Source of the DNA: Nitrososphaerota archaeon | Lineage (GTDB): Archaea; Thermoproteota; Nitrososphaeria_A; Caldarchaeales; Calditenuaceae | Assembly: GCA_041641295.1 (NCBI GenBank) | Contig: JBEPYO010000001.1 | Location: forward strand, 288,001-352,000 | Direction: 5' to 3' | Length of the DNA stretch: 64,000 bases | In this document: positions 9,667 through 19,647 of the stretch, piece after piece | How positions within the stretch are numbered: position 1 is the first letter of the stretch | Layout of the letters: each line of letters starts with the position of its first letter | The notes under the pieces: generated by a model | What the model saw: the letters and a program-made list of their open reading frames with translations, nothing else | Told to the model about the DNA's origin: nothing | Databases searched by the model: none | Program-made: the position numbers and the translations under genes

Positions 9667-11230
9667 GGTTGCTGAAAAGCTGGCGGAGGCCCTACTTAGG
9701 GAGCCGCAACTCCTAAGCACAGGCATCTCAGCCACGAAATTAATTTTGGCGAGGAGGCTTGACGTTAAGGAAATACCGAGCAACACGGAGCTTATACAGG
9801 CGTTAAAGGAGCGTGGAGCTCCATCCACACTGCTTAGACAGCTTCGCCGCAAGCCAGTCAAGACAAGGTCGGGCGTCACCATAATAACAGTCGTGATCCC
9901 CCTCTTCAACTGCCCACACGGCCGATGCATATATTGTCCAGGCGGAGGCCAGACGGGGTTCCCCCAAAGCTACACAGGGGCTGAGCCAGTAGTCAGCTTC
10001 GCGCGGAGCGTCGGATATAACGTGGAGGCACAGGTCAGAAACTATCTAAGGAGACTGGAGAATATGGGGCATGAGGTCGATAAGGTCGAGATCATATTCA
10101 TCGGAGGCACATACACGTCAGCAAGCCCTGAGGCACAGAGATCATACATTAAGGCGGCCCTCGACGGGCTTCACGACTCCAAGTCAAGTAGTGTTGAGGA
10201 GGCGGTGAGGAGGGCGGAGTGGGCCCGCCCCCGTCTGGTAGGCATGATGATAGAGACGAGGCCTGACTGGGTAAGACCGGAGATTGCAGATGAGCTGGTT
10301 AGGCTGGGTGTGACGCGGGTTGAGCTGGGGGTACAGGCACTTGATGACGAGATCTATCGCCTCATAGCTCGCGGCCATACTGTCCAAGATGTTGTAGAAG
10401 CAACAAGAATACTCAGAGATAGGGCCTTTAAAGTCGGGTACCACTTTATGCCCGCGCTACCAGGCTCAAACCCTGAGAAAGACCTAGAAATGTATCGGAC
10501 ACTCTTCCAAGACCCACGCTTCAGGCCGGACACCATCAAGATTTACCCAACCATGGTTCTGCCCGACACACCCCTCTACCACCTCTGGAAGAGGGGCGAG
10601 TATAGACCATACGATGTTGAGACACTGATTGACCTCCTAGTCCGGATGATAGAACACACACCCCCGTACGTCAGAATACAGAGAATTAGGCGCGAGATAC
10701 CCGGCGAGACCGCTGTAGATGGTAGATACCCCGGCAACCTGAGGGAGCTAGTTGAGAGGGAGGCTGAGAGGCGCGGCATAAGGTGCAGGTGTATCAGATG
10801 CCGAGAGGTTGGGAGACAGTCATCGCTTAGCGAGGAATATATCCAGTCTATGGAGGTTAAGGAGCTATGGTACGACACGCTGGGAGGCCGAGAAGTCTTC
10901 ATATCTTATGAAACCAGTGATGGATGGGTCTTGGCCGGCTTGCTGAGGCTTAGGCTCCCTGAGGAGCCCGCAAACCAGCTGCTAGATGGGGCAGCCTTAG
11001 TCAGGGAACTCCATGTCTATGGGGAGATGATACCGGTGGGAAGCAGACCCGACCGCGGAGTTTGGCAGCATCGAGGCATAGGCGCCAAGCTCCTGAGAAG
11101 AGCTGAAGAAATAGCCCAGAAACAGGGTTATCGGAGGGTCGTAGTGATTAGCGGGCTCGGAGTCAAGGAGTATTATGCCAAGCAAGGCTATGAGAGGCAT
11201 GGGCCCTACATGGCTAAAATGCTAGTGTAG
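9635..11230 (+). CDS. elp3: Elp3 radical SAM/KAT tRNA uridine(34) modification enzyme
   Basis: CPHGRCIYCPGG, GGT, ETRPD, VELGVQ, KIYPT, VRELHVYG, QHRGIG; start uncertain. Confidence 0.93.
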   Translation: MDGSESHSRSKVAEKLAEALLREPQLLSTGISATKLILARRLDVKEIPSNTELIQALKERGAPSTLLRQLRRKPVKTRSGVTIITVVIPLFNCPHGRCIYCPGGGQTGFPQSYTGAEPVVSFARSVGYNVEAQVRNYLRRLENMGHEVDKVEIIFIGGTYTSASPEAQRSYIKAALDGLHDSKSSSVEEAVRRAEWARPRLVGMMIETRPDWVRPEIADELVRLGVTRVELGVQALDDEIYRLIARGHTVQDVVEATRILRDRAFKVGYHFMPALPGSNPEKDLEMYRTLFQDPRFRPDTIKIYPTMVLPDTPLYHLWKRGEYRPYDVETLIDLLVRMIEHTPPYVRIQRIRREIPGETAVDGRYPGNLRELVEREAERRGIRCRCIRCREVGRQSSLSEEYIQSMEVKELWYDTLGGREVFISYETSDGWVLAGLLRLRLPEEPANQLLDGAALVRELHVYGEMIPVGSRPDRGVWQHRGIGAKLLRRAEEIAQKQGYRRVVVISGLGVKEYYAKQGYERHGPYMAKMLV

Positions 11231-11235
11231 ACGAC

Positions 11236-11985
11236 TTGATCAGCATCGACGAGGCGGTTGATGAGATCAAGTCGGCAATTGCTGCCGGCAGACTAGTCAC
11301 ACTAGTAGGCGAAATGGAGGTCTTCTACGAGGGGCGATCCATCAGCTGGCTAGGCAGAGGCGAAAGACTCCTAGTCATTAAACAAGATAGGAGCGTCCTC
11401 GTCCACCGGCCTACAGGCTACGAGCCCACAAACTGGCAGCCGGCCGGCAGCCACATAGACGTATGGAGCGAGGAGGGCAAACTGGTGATAGTCTCAAAGC
11501 GCACCTCACCACCTGAAATGCTGAAAATCACTATCACGCGGATACTCCACCTATCATCCTTCGGGCTGAGGGATGAGGCCATGTTCCAGATACACGCCCG
11601 CGAAGAGGATATGAAGCAGGCGATCATTGCTGAGCCCAGCATAATTGAGGACGGATTCAGAGTTGTTGAGAGCGAAAGGAAGACCAAGAGCGGATACATA
11701 GACATACTGGGAGTTGACAGGGAAGGTAGGCTGGTGGTGATAGAGATAAAGAGGGAGAAGGCAGATGTCGGAGACGTCGAGCAACTCGTCAGGTACTCTG
11801 CTCAGATAGAAGAAGAGTTTGGGTCTAAGCCTAGGCAGATGATAGTCGCCCCACTCTTATCAAGCAGAGCGGCGAGAAAGGCCAGAATTTTGGGGGTAGA
11901 GTTTAGACAGCTCTCACCACGCAAGGCACAGGAAATCATAAGGAGGAGGAAAGGACTCGACAGGTTCCTATACCAGGAAGACTAG
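11236..11985 (+). CDS. nucS: endonuclease NucS/EndoMS
   Basis: YEGR, KxDRSVLVH, PTNWQP, IDILGVD...VVIEIKR, QLxRY. Confidence 0.93.
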   Translation: MISIDEAVDEIKSAIAAGRLVTLVGEMEVFYEGRSISWLGRGERLLVIKQDRSVLVHRPTGYEPTNWQPAGSHIDVWSEEGKLVIVSKRTSPPEMLKITITRILHLSSFGLRDEAMFQIHAREEDMKQAIIAEPSIIEDGFRVVESERKTKSGYIDILGVDREGRLVVIEIKREKADVGDVEQLVRYSAQIEEEFGSKPRQMIVAPLLSSRAARKARILGVEFRQLSPRKAQEIIRRRKGLDRFLYQED

Positions 11986-13217
11986 AAGAGGCGGACCTCA
12001 CCCCGCAGAATTAGGTCAGTCAACATGGTGATGTTTTTTAATTCATAGTGTACTATCTCCTTCACCTCGTTCCTCACGTTCGAAGTTATCTTCTCACTCG
12101 AGATGTATTGGATGGATGCGATGAGGGGTCTATCGATCCGCCGCCCAATCTGGGCCAAAAGTTTGACGTATACCTCGTCAAACACGTTGCACTCGTTGTA
12201 GATCTTGTCGGCGATTCTATAGGCTGCCACGTTGTATATTTTGCCCACATGTGAAACTGGGTTTTTTCCGGCCGTAGCCTCTAGTGACATCTGCCTGCAG
12301 GGTGTGATCAGTCCAGAGGCCCTGTTACCTCGCCCCGTGTTCCCATCATCACCATGCTCCGCCGAAGTACCTGTAACTGTCAGGTAGACGCTACTCTCCT
12401 CACGCCTCTCGAGATTGATCATGTCGCCCGTGTTTACATCTACTACTACATCCATGCCATCCGACATCTTGACTGCCAAGTCGAGAACCCTATCTCTAAT
12501 CTCCTCCTTGACTGAGATGTAGTGGTCTAGGTCTGGTGTGAGGTGAGAAACTATACCATCCGCTATGGTTAGGTGGATTTTGTTCCCCTTCCTCAGCCCC
12601 ATCACCTTACAGTCCTCGCCGCTCTCCTTCAAAGTCTGTTTGAAGGAGGGGCTGTTAATTTCCCTCTCCACACTGTACACTATTTTCTCTAGGGTTGTGA
12701 ATGGGGCGTAGCCGACTCCGAAGGATGTGTCGTTTGAGAGGGGCGCCTCGCCCTTATCATACTCTACTATCTTCACTAGGTCAGCGCTTCCAGGCCGTAT
12801 CCTGCTGTCCGCAATTATGTGCTTGTCTGGGTCGAGGAACCTGAAGTTGTTCTTAATGAACGATCTAATTGCCTCCTTCATCAATTCATCCACTGGAACT
12901 ACATACTTGTTAGTGGGGGTTTTTATGACGGTTGTCGCCCTGCCGGCTATCAGGATGTATATTGGCTCGTCTAGTGTCCCCCCTCCGAACACGGGAGTAG
13001 CCCTACCTCCCACAAGCAGGCCCTTATCCAAGTTGTGGTGGTAGATCTTGCCAAAGTGCTCCAAGTAGTATTTAGAGAGAGCGACGCTGGCGGCCTCGCA
13101 CACCGAGTCTATAATGTAGTCGGGGTGGCCCAGTCCTTTTCTCTCAACAATCTCGACGTATTGCTTGCCAGTAGGCAAACCCTTTATCCTTTCAAACACG
13201 ACCGATGTCTTCTGCAT
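11982..13217 (-). CDS. mat: archaeal S-adenosylmethionine synthetase
   Basis: [24 protein letters not shown], GEDx[24 protein letters not shown]. Confidence 0.95.
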   Translation of the reverse strand: MQKTSVVFERIKGLPTGKQYVEIVERKGLGHPDYIIDSVCEAASVALSKYYLEHFGKIYHHNLDKGLLVGGRATPVFGGGTLDEPIYILIAGRATTVIKTPTNKYVVPVDELMKEAIRSFIKNNFRFLDPDKHIIADSRIRPGSADLVKIVEYDKGEAPLSNDTSFGVGYAPFTTLEKIVYSVEREINSPSFKQTLKESGEDCKVMGLRKGNKIHLTIADGIVSHLTPDLDHYISVKEEIRDRVLDLAVKMSDGMDVVVDVNTGDMINLERREESSVYLTVTGTSAEHGDDGNTGRGNRASGLITPCRQMSLEATAGKNPVSHVGKIYNVAAYRIADKIYNECNVFDEVYVKLLAQIGRRIDRPLIASIQYISSEKITSNVRNEVKEIVHYELKNITMLTDLILRGEVRLF

Positions 13218-13296
13218 CGATTAGCCCACTGTAAAGCCTGTATTTAAAAGGAACCCCCCCTTAACACCGTTGGATTTGTGGCTCCGAAGCTTTTCC

Positions 13297-13542
13297 CTAT
13301 TCTTCAGAATAGTCGAGCTGTATGTATAGTACGTTGTTCCCCCTCACCAGTATGTAGGGGTAACTCGCCTTTTTTACGTCATTCTGATACTCTACCCCTC
13401 GGTTTATGACGAGGTTCATGTAGTTGTCAGCCTCGACGAGTGTTCCAACATAGGATATGTCGTTCTTCAGCATTACCCGTACTTGTTTGCTGAAGCTGTT
13501 CATTATGAGACTGAGTGGTCTAACCCCTGTCGCGGTGCTCAA
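13297..13542 (-). CDS. Sm-like (LSm/SmAP) protein
   Basis: GTLVEADNYMNLV (Sm1) and ILVRGNNVLYI (Sm2); TTG start at 13542 inferred. Confidence 0.9.
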   Translation of the reverse strand: MSTATGVRPLSLIMNSFSKQVRVMLKNDISYVGTLVEADNYMNLVINRGVEYQNDVKKASYPYILVRGNNVLYIQLDYSEE

Positions 13543-13745
13543 GACCCAATAATGTGTTGCTGGGCCCAAATAAAAGTCTGACTCTGAAATGTCGCAAATA
13601 TGCGTTCAGATGGTTTAGAGAGGTTGGGGCTGTGGGCGTAGGGCTTTGTAGGTCAATTCGCAGGCCAGGTGTAGGGTTACGCGTAGCTACATGTAGTGGG
13701 GCGTCTTCCGTAGTGTGGCAAAAGGATATATGAGGCTTAATTGTT

Positions 13746-14063
13746 GTGTATGCCGCTAAGTTGGCCGAGAGACCTGCCGTCACACTGAGCAAAAGGGCCC
13801 GCATCGCCCTAGTCATTGCATTGGTAGGCGTGGCCATAAGCATAGTCCCGACCGTGCTTTTCCTACTCGTCATCGAGAATAAGCGTAACGATCCTTTGGG
13901 GTGGGAGATATTCGCTGATTTCCCCCTCCACCTCTTGACGGCTTTCATCGGCGCGGTTATCGGCTTCACAGGTGCACTCTTGTTTAGATCTGCAGTGAGA
14001 AAGGAGTTGGAGGTTTCAAGGCATGAGGAGAAGGCAGAGAGCGTTTTGAGGAGGGCTGTCTAA
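13746..14063 (+). CDS. hypothetical two-TM membrane protein
   Basis: Two hydrophobic helices; TATA-like GATATATG upstream. Confidence 0.6.
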   Translation: MYAAKLAERPAVTLSKRARIALVIALVGVAISIVPTVLFLLVIENKRNDPLGWEIFADFPLHLLTAFIGAVIGFTGALLFRSAVRKELEVSRHEEKAESVLRRAV

Positions 14064-14070
14064 CCCACCT

Positions 14071-17000
14071 TCACATATATCTCTTCAGCGAGAGTTGTCG
14101 AGGGCTCCCTGTGGGTGATTGCTTGAAGACAGACTGTATGTTCTCGACGGCGTTGATAGACCCCTCCCTCAGGTATGGATTTTCAATATACTCCTCCAAC
14201 AGGAGCGTTGCTAGTTCAACATATTTTTCGACCGCCCCCCTATACACTGTCTGGGTCAGCTCCGAACCACAGATCCTGCACACCCCCCTCAACAGCATCC
14301 TCCTATAGCGGGCTCCACACCTCTTGCACCTGTATGACTGTGAGAAATATGTGCGTAGATTACCTATGATGTCTGGGAGGACGTGATGGGCCATAACCCG
14401 TTCAGCCACAAATCGAGGATCAACAGCGCTCAACATGTTACAAAGTTCTAGCTGCGCAGTAACCCTCTCAAGCATGGTACTCTTCTTAGTATAGGTGGAC
14501 TTGTTCACATATCCATGGAGTATGGCCACGTGGTTCATGCACTTTACCCCCCTTAGATTAGGCCCCATGTTAACCAGCTCCCTCAGTAGTTTAATCCTGT
14601 CAGCCAGCTGCACTGCAGGCTCACCACGCTCTGCCGCTCGGTAGAATTCGAGGGGGAATCGTGAGACTACTTCAACATTGTGGGATTGTTCATCAACCTC
14701 TCTCGGATCTACTATCACGTTGAGGAGGAGGGGGGTATCCATCATCCCGCCAATCCTGTCTGGCAGATATTTTCTACTAAAGTTCATGAATACGTCGAGG
14801 AGGAGCATGACGCTGTCCTCGTCTCCGTCGCAGTCTCGCCGCTTCGCGGCATGTAGGAGGGGGTGGGCATATACGACCCTCGCCTCTGTTATGCCTATCA
14901 CTCTGCAGACCACAGCTCCATAGGTGTGGGGGGAAAGCGTGGCGACGAGGATGCCTATTACATCTCTGGGCGAGTTGAGTTTGTAGTATTCTGGAAGGCC
15001 TGCACAGGCTAGGAGTCTGTCTATGAACTTGGATGTCTTATAGAGGTGGGCTGCTAGCTCAGAGGGTATCACTATGTCTTGGATTTTCAGTTCGAGAAGC
15101 TGGTCTGAGCTACGGAGTGGTTCCCCGTTGATGTCATGAGTATATCCTAGGGCGCGTAGTTTTTCAGGCTCTACTCCGATCTGGCTTGGTGTGAAGTGTG
15201 TGAGAGGTGCGTTTGTGCTATCGAATCTTATTGTTCCATCCTTGTAGACATAGAGTCCCTGCCAGGCACGGAGAATGCCCTTAACCATGTCCTCAGGCTG
15301 TTTAGACCAGCTCGTCAGCTTCTTAACACCCTTCAATACCTTCACCGAAGCACCTGCCACACCCTCCGCTCTCCGGAGCTCTTCTTTTAGGTCCACCACC
15401 CACTTCCGAGAGGCTTTAAGTGTGTGTCCGCATCGGGGGCAAGTCTTGCTCTCGGGCTCCATATACTCGGAACCACATTGGTCGCAGTCGGCAACTAGCA
15501 CGGTTGGCTTCTCACACCTGCTGCAGATGCCGCGCCAAGTCCTTTCACCACAGGCCGTACATATCCGCGATACGAGTTCCAGTGATATGTTTTCGTGCTC
15601 AGCCGCCTTCACTACGTCTCGCGTCGCGCCGCCCGCCAGCCCTAGGGGGTAGAGGAGGTGTACTGGTGGTTTTAGGCGCCTCTGCCTAGCCTTCTCGGGC
15701 CGGCCAACCCTCACCGTGAGGACGGTACCCATCCTCGGGCGGTGTGGAGTCCCCGAGAGTTTTTCAACAGCCTCGCCCAGGCCCATGCCCGAGACATCAA
15801 TGTTCTTGAAGGGTCTGAATAGAAAGATGAGCGCCTTAACCCAATCTTTCGAGAGCTGGATCCTGTTACCTTGGATCCTGTGTTCTATGAGCATTGATTC
15901 GAGGATTCTCTTGGCGTTGCTGTCTATGGGTAGTTGGAAGTAGCCTGAACTTCTAGTGGAGTATTGGATGGCTGTTCTCAGCCATCGTCTGAGGGCTTCG
16001 ATGTCTCCTCCTGTGGCCCTGTCCCAGAAGGGCATGTATCTTGGATGGATTGGAACGCCCAGCTTTGCACTGATTTTACACGCATCTTCGACTTTGGGGG
16101 TGTGGGTGAAGGGGTTAGCTAAGACCTTCTCAACCTCAACAACTTCATCTCTAGAGAGAATATCACGCCACCTCTGATTTGATACTACCTCCTCTAACCA
16201 ATACTCCTCACAATAGCCTGGCTGTTGCAGCTTTACATTGTTCTCCACACAGTCGCCGAAGCTGACCAGTATGTCGCCGTTGAATAGTATCTTACTGAGC
16301 CTCTCCTCTGCCTCTGCGAGCTTCTGCTCCGAGTCCACCCTTATGACAGAGGTGTCTGAGAGCATGACTACGGGAGGTTCAATGGTTGAGACCGCCATCG
16401 CCACCCCGCCCTTCCCGGGATAGTCCGTCTTCAGCTGGGTCCCTATCGCGACATAGCCCCTCAGAATCTTCATCGTGTAGGGGTGGATGCCGAGCGCCGC
16501 CATAGATGTGTTGGGTGCGCGGCCGTATCGGAGGCGGAACCCCCCGAACATATTCTCCATAGAGAGTACGGGCCTTCCACCCACAACCTCCTCTAACACA
16601 GACCCTTTCCGGGCTGGCGCGTATCTTTTCAGCATCTCTGGAACCGCTCGAAGCCACTCCCAGCCCTCAAGCCCTGCAGTCTCGATCAGCCTCAAGAGTT
16701 TCCGCGCCCTACCCACAACTCCATCGTTGACAACCCTTAGAGCTCCACCCCTGAGATAGGGTGTTTCAACCCTCTTCAGGTCTCTGAAGCTTGAAACAGG
16801 AATATTATCGGTCGCGATGCCGGTGATCTCTATCGGAAGCCTGTGGAGAACATATCGTAAAACATCTTCAGGCACATTGTATTGAAAATTGCCAACCTTT
16901 CTCCTGTAGGTCCTGATCTCTTCTATGAAACGCATCACCTCCTCCTCAGTAGCCTTGTAGGGTGAGAGCCCCGCCACCTTCCTCAGATAGTCTGCTAGGA

Positions 17001-17463
17001 CGACTGAGCCTGCGATCTCTGTACCTCCAGCTGACCTTATTGGGCCTGCGTAGTAGACGGCCATGTAGCTTGTGCCGTCGTTGTTCTGCTTTATCTTGAC
17101 GCCGACTATGCCCTCGTTGGGTGCGGCTGTTGTCCCGGGCGGTGTCATCACGGCGAGTGCGGCGCGGAGGATTTGGGTGAGCTTAGACGGGTCGGACCCG
17201 CCGGAGTCGCTGTATAGGCGGTCTATGAGTCGGAACGGCACTATCTCTGGGTCGCAGCTCTGTTTGAGCTCTCTGATGATGGAGGCTACACCGGGTGGCC
17301 CTACAAGAAGCTCGATCCTCTCAGCCATGTCATAGGCTATCTTGACCTCGACGTCCCCAGTGGGCTGCTGTACCCTCCGCCTAAACTCTCTCGCAACCTC
17401 GTACTCTCTCTTAACCCTCTCCATTATTTCGGAGAGGTATGAGGCCCCGTAGTCCTCCGCCAA
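14071..17463 (-). CDS. polC: DNA polymerase D large subunit DP2
   Basis: GPIRSAGGT, GGFRLRYGR, HAAKRRDCDGDEDS catalytic motif, Zn ribbons; no intein. Confidence 0.97.
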   Translation of the reverse strand: MAEDYGASYLSEIMERVKREYEVAREFRRRVQQPTGDVEVKIAYDMAERIELLVGPPGVASIIRELKQSCDPEIVPFRLIDRLYSDSGGSDPSKLTQILRAALAVMTPPGTTAAPNEGIVGVKIKQNNDGTSYMAVYYAGPIRSAGGTEIAGSVVLADYLRKVAGLSPYKATEEEVMRFIEEIRTYRRKVGNFQYNVPEDVLRYVLHRLPIEITGIATDNIPVSSFRDLKRVETPYLRGGALRVVNDGVVGRARKLLRLIETAGLEGWEWLRAVPEMLKRYAPARKGSVLEEVVGGRPVLSMENMFGGFRLRYGRAPNTSMAALGIHPYTMKILRGYVAIGTQLKTDYPGKGGVAMAVSTIEPPVVMLSDTSVIRVDSEQKLAEAEERLSKILFNGDILVSFGDCVENNVKLQQPGYCEEYWLEEVVSNQRWRDILSRDEVVEVEKVLANPFTHTPKVEDACKISAKLGVPIHPRYMPFWDRATGGDIEALRRWLRTAIQYSTRSSGYFQLPIDSNAKRILESMLIEHRIQGNRIQLSKDWVKALIFLFRPFKNIDVSGMGLGEAVEKLSGTPHRPRMGTVLTVRVGRPEKARQRRLKPPVHLLYPLGLAGGATRDVVKAAEHENISLELVSRICTACGERTWRGICSRCEKPTVLVADCDQCGSEYMEPESKTCPRCGHTLKASRKWVVDLKEELRRAEGVAGASVKVLKGVKKLTSWSKQPEDMVKGILRAWQGLYVYKDGTIRFDSTNAPLTHFTPSQIGVEPEKLRALGYTHDINGEPLRSSDQLLELKIQDIVIPSELAAHLYKTSKFIDRLLACAGLPEYYKLNSPRDVIGILVATLSPHTYGAVVCRVIGITEARVVYAHPLLHAAKRRDCDGDEDSVMLLLDVFMNFSRKYLPDRIGGMMDTPLLLNVIVDPREVDEQSHNVEVVSRFPLEFYRAAERGEPAVQLADRIKLLRELVNMGPNLRGVKCMNHVAILHGYVNKSTYTKKSTMLERVTAQLELCNMLSAVDPRFVAERVMAHHVLPDIIGNLRTYFSQSYRCKRCGARYRRMLLRGVCRICGSELTQTVYRGAVEKYVELATLLLEEYIENPYLREGSINAVENIQSVFKQSPTGSPRQLSLKRYM

Positions 17464-17516
17464 CTACTGGAGGCCTTGTAGGTGGTGAGTTATAAAGAAG
17501 GCCGGGCCTCTGGGGG

Positions 17517-18329
17517 CTACAATCGCGCATCGATATATCTTGATAGGGCCGGCGGCCTCTCCTTGGCCGCTTCTCTAGAGTATTCCACTACCTCGGCCAG
17601 CTTTTGGGGGTCCTGCTCAGCCAATGTGCCGGTTACAATGATGTCGGCTCCAGCCCGTATGGCCTCTGCGGCCGCCTTGCCAGACCTGATGCCTCCGCCC
17701 ACGATTAAGGGAATATCCACCGTCTTCCTAACAACGCGGATGAGTTCTGGGGGTATTGGGGACTCTGCCCCCGACCCAGCCTCCAGATAGATTAGCCGCA
17801 TGCCCAGCATTTGGGCAGCCAGGGCATAGCTCGCAACTATGTTGGGCTTATTCTCGGGGAGTGGGAATGCCCTACCCACTGCTGCAACACTCGTCTCGCC
17901 CTTAATCACTACGTATCCGACAGGTATCGGCTCAAGGTTGTATTCCTTGACCATGAAGGAGCCGTGAATCTGGGCCCCCAGTATAAACCACCACTCCAGA
18001 GAGTTGAGCAGAGACATGTAGAAGACCGCGTCGGCGTAGGGGCTTAGAGATGTGATGTTGCTCGGGAAAATTATAACCGGCAGGTCGGAGACAGACTTTA
18101 TGGCTTTAATTGCCTCATCCATCATCTCCTTGAAATATACGGTTGAGCCTCCCACCATGAACCCATCCGTGCCCATCTCCTCAGACCTCTCCGCGAGCTT
18201 CGCCAAGTTCTTAGTATCCAATACCTCGGGATCGAAGAGTGTCAGATGTACGAACCCCTTCTGCCTGAGCCTATTTACCAGATAGTTCTCTGTCTTTCCA
18301 ATCTTGAATCCTGTCTCGCCGCGGCTCAT
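17517..18329 (-). CDS. geranylgeranylglyceryl phosphate synthase
   Basis: LFDPE, MVGGST, YLEAGSGA, VGGGIRS, IVTGT. Confidence 0.93.
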   Translation of the reverse strand: MSRGETGFKIGKTENYLVNRLRQKGFVHLTLFDPEVLDTKNLAKLAERSEEMGTDGFMVGGSTVYFKEMMDEAIKAIKSVSDLPVIIFPSNITSLSPYADAVFYMSLLNSLEWWFILGAQIHGSFMVKEYNLEPIPVGYVVIKGETSVAAVGRAFPLPENKPNIVASYALAAQMLGMRLIYLEAGSGAESPIPPELIRVVRKTVDIPLIVGGGIRSGKAAAEAIRAGADIIVTGTLAEQDPQKLAEVVEYSREAAKERPPALSRYIDARL

Positions 18330-18712
18330 GTCTCCCTGTTTTCCTCGCTACTCTCGCTAGAGTCTGGGGCTTCGAGTTGACTACCCTCCTCCGAGGCCTC
18401 AACTGGCTCGCCAGACTCTGCTTGAGAAGCCTCAACCACTACGGCCTCAAGCCTCTCAATCTTCTCTCTAACCTTCTCAGGACTAACCCGGCCCGTTACA
18501 ATGTCGTACCATGTAGAGTAAGCGTCGACGGGCAGATAGCTCTTCAGCCATGGGACCTCGTGGCTAACACCGCATTTGCCGCAGGAGACAACGGCCCTGA
18601 ACCTCATGACCTGTGTTACAGTGACGGCCTGAGCGCCGCATAGGGGGCAGACGAAAACTTTCGGCGGTGCTCGAGCAGTTCTACGTATTATCTTCCTCCT
18701 CTTCCTCCCCAA
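18326..18712 (-). CDS. elf1: transcription elongation factor Elf1
   Basis: MGRKRRK...FVCPLCG...CGKCG...PVDAYSTWYD; acidic C-tail; TTTAAA about 20-25 nt upstream. Confidence 0.88.
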   Translation of the reverse strand: MGRKRRKIIRRTARAPPKVFVCPLCGAQAVTVTQVMRFRAVVSCGKCGVSHEVPWLKSYLPVDAYSTWYDIVTGRVSPEKVREKIERLEAVVVEASQAESGEPVEASEEGSQLEAPDSSESSEENRET

Positions 18713-18791
18713 CCCTAGTTACACCTAGGTTTAAAGGGGATAGGCGCTGCTAATTACCTTTCCCACACCACCAATTTTGCCGGATATCATG

Positions 18792-18884
18792 TGCGGCCGC
18801 CGGGATTTGAACCCGGGACTTGCGGGCGTGCCCGCCAGAGTTGGCTCGGGGCCCCGCCGTCATACCTGGCTAGACCACGGCCGC
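18792..18884 (-). tRNA. tRNA-Gly(CCC)-like with 19-nt BHB intron (18828-18846) at 37/38; atypical loop G32/C33/G38
   Basis: Acceptor GCGGCCG/CGGCCGC plus A73, D arm GTCT..TGAC, anticodon stem GCGGG/CCCGC, T arm CCGGG-TTCAAAT-CCCGG; BHB GCCC/GGGC with CGA and ACG bulges; no encoded CCA. Confidence 0.85.
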
Positions 18885-18920
18885 CTACAGTCTCGGCGGA
18901 TGGATTGGGGGTGGCTGTCT

Positions 18921-19544
18921 TCAGATATTCTCAGAGGTTGCTTTGAAATAAATCTTGAGCGCTGATTCCTCGTCTGGGCTTAGGCCCTTAAACTCTGGCC
19001 CTGTCCCGTCGTCGGGCAGGACTTGGATGGTGGCTGTGGGGTATTGTTTTTTGAGCCTTGCTACGAGTTCGTGGGTCAGTGCCTCGGGCCTATATCCGAT
19101 GTAGAAGGCGAGGCGCCTATTCTCTCCGAGGCATTTAACAGTCATCCTGCAGTCTTCCTCGAAGGCCTCAATGCTTGGGTAGGTGTGGGTCTTCACCACG
19201 TAGCCGTCCACCACGTAGGCGACTCCCAGCCTGCGGCCCGGGTCTATTGCGATATCGAGGGAGGTTGGCGGCCTGTTTGGCCCAAGGTTTGAGGCCGCTT
19301 GGAGGGCTATACACTCGGGGGAGGGGTAGTCTTCCAGGTAAAGCGTTTTCAGACGACTGGGAAGGGACAGCCCCTCCTCCCTGCTGGCCACAGCCACCTT
19401 CACGGTGAGCGGAATCTCTTCGAGAGCCGTCACCCAAAGAGCCTGGATGCCGATACGCCGACAGGCCTCCAACACTTTTAACGCCTTCGCGTTATCTCTC
19501 AAGAGAACGGCGACAACACCCTTAATCCCGCCCCTCAACCCCAC
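18921..19544 (-). CDS. hypothetical protein with YqgF/RuvX-like RNase H fold C-terminal domain
   Basis: IAIDPGRRLGVA...FYIG...VLPDDGT...DEESALKI resembles YqgF acidic motifs. Confidence 0.6.
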   Translation of the reverse strand: MGLRGGIKGVVAVLLRDNAKALKVLEACRRIGIQALWVTALEEIPLTVKVAVASREEGLSLPSRLKTLYLEDYPSPECIALQAASNLGPNRPPTSLDIAIDPGRRLGVAYVVDGYVVKTHTYPSIEAFEEDCRMTVKCLGENRRLAFYIGYRPEALTHELVARLKKQYPTATIQVLPDDGTGPEFKGLSPDEESALKIYFKATSENI

Positions 19545-19647
19545 TATTGACTTGTGGGCTGGCTTATAACAGGAGGATGGGGGAGGGCGTCCATTGCCGG
19601 TGAAAATATTTAAAGCATGGCGGGCCGCCTCAATCTGAAGGGATTAA

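Noticed and set aside
14071-17463. Possible intein in PolD DP2
   Set aside because: Length of 1130 aa and continuous motifs; no intein or LAGLIDADG signatures seen.
18777-18965. 62-aa plus-strand ORF
   Set aside because: Overlaps the tRNA gene antisense; spurious.
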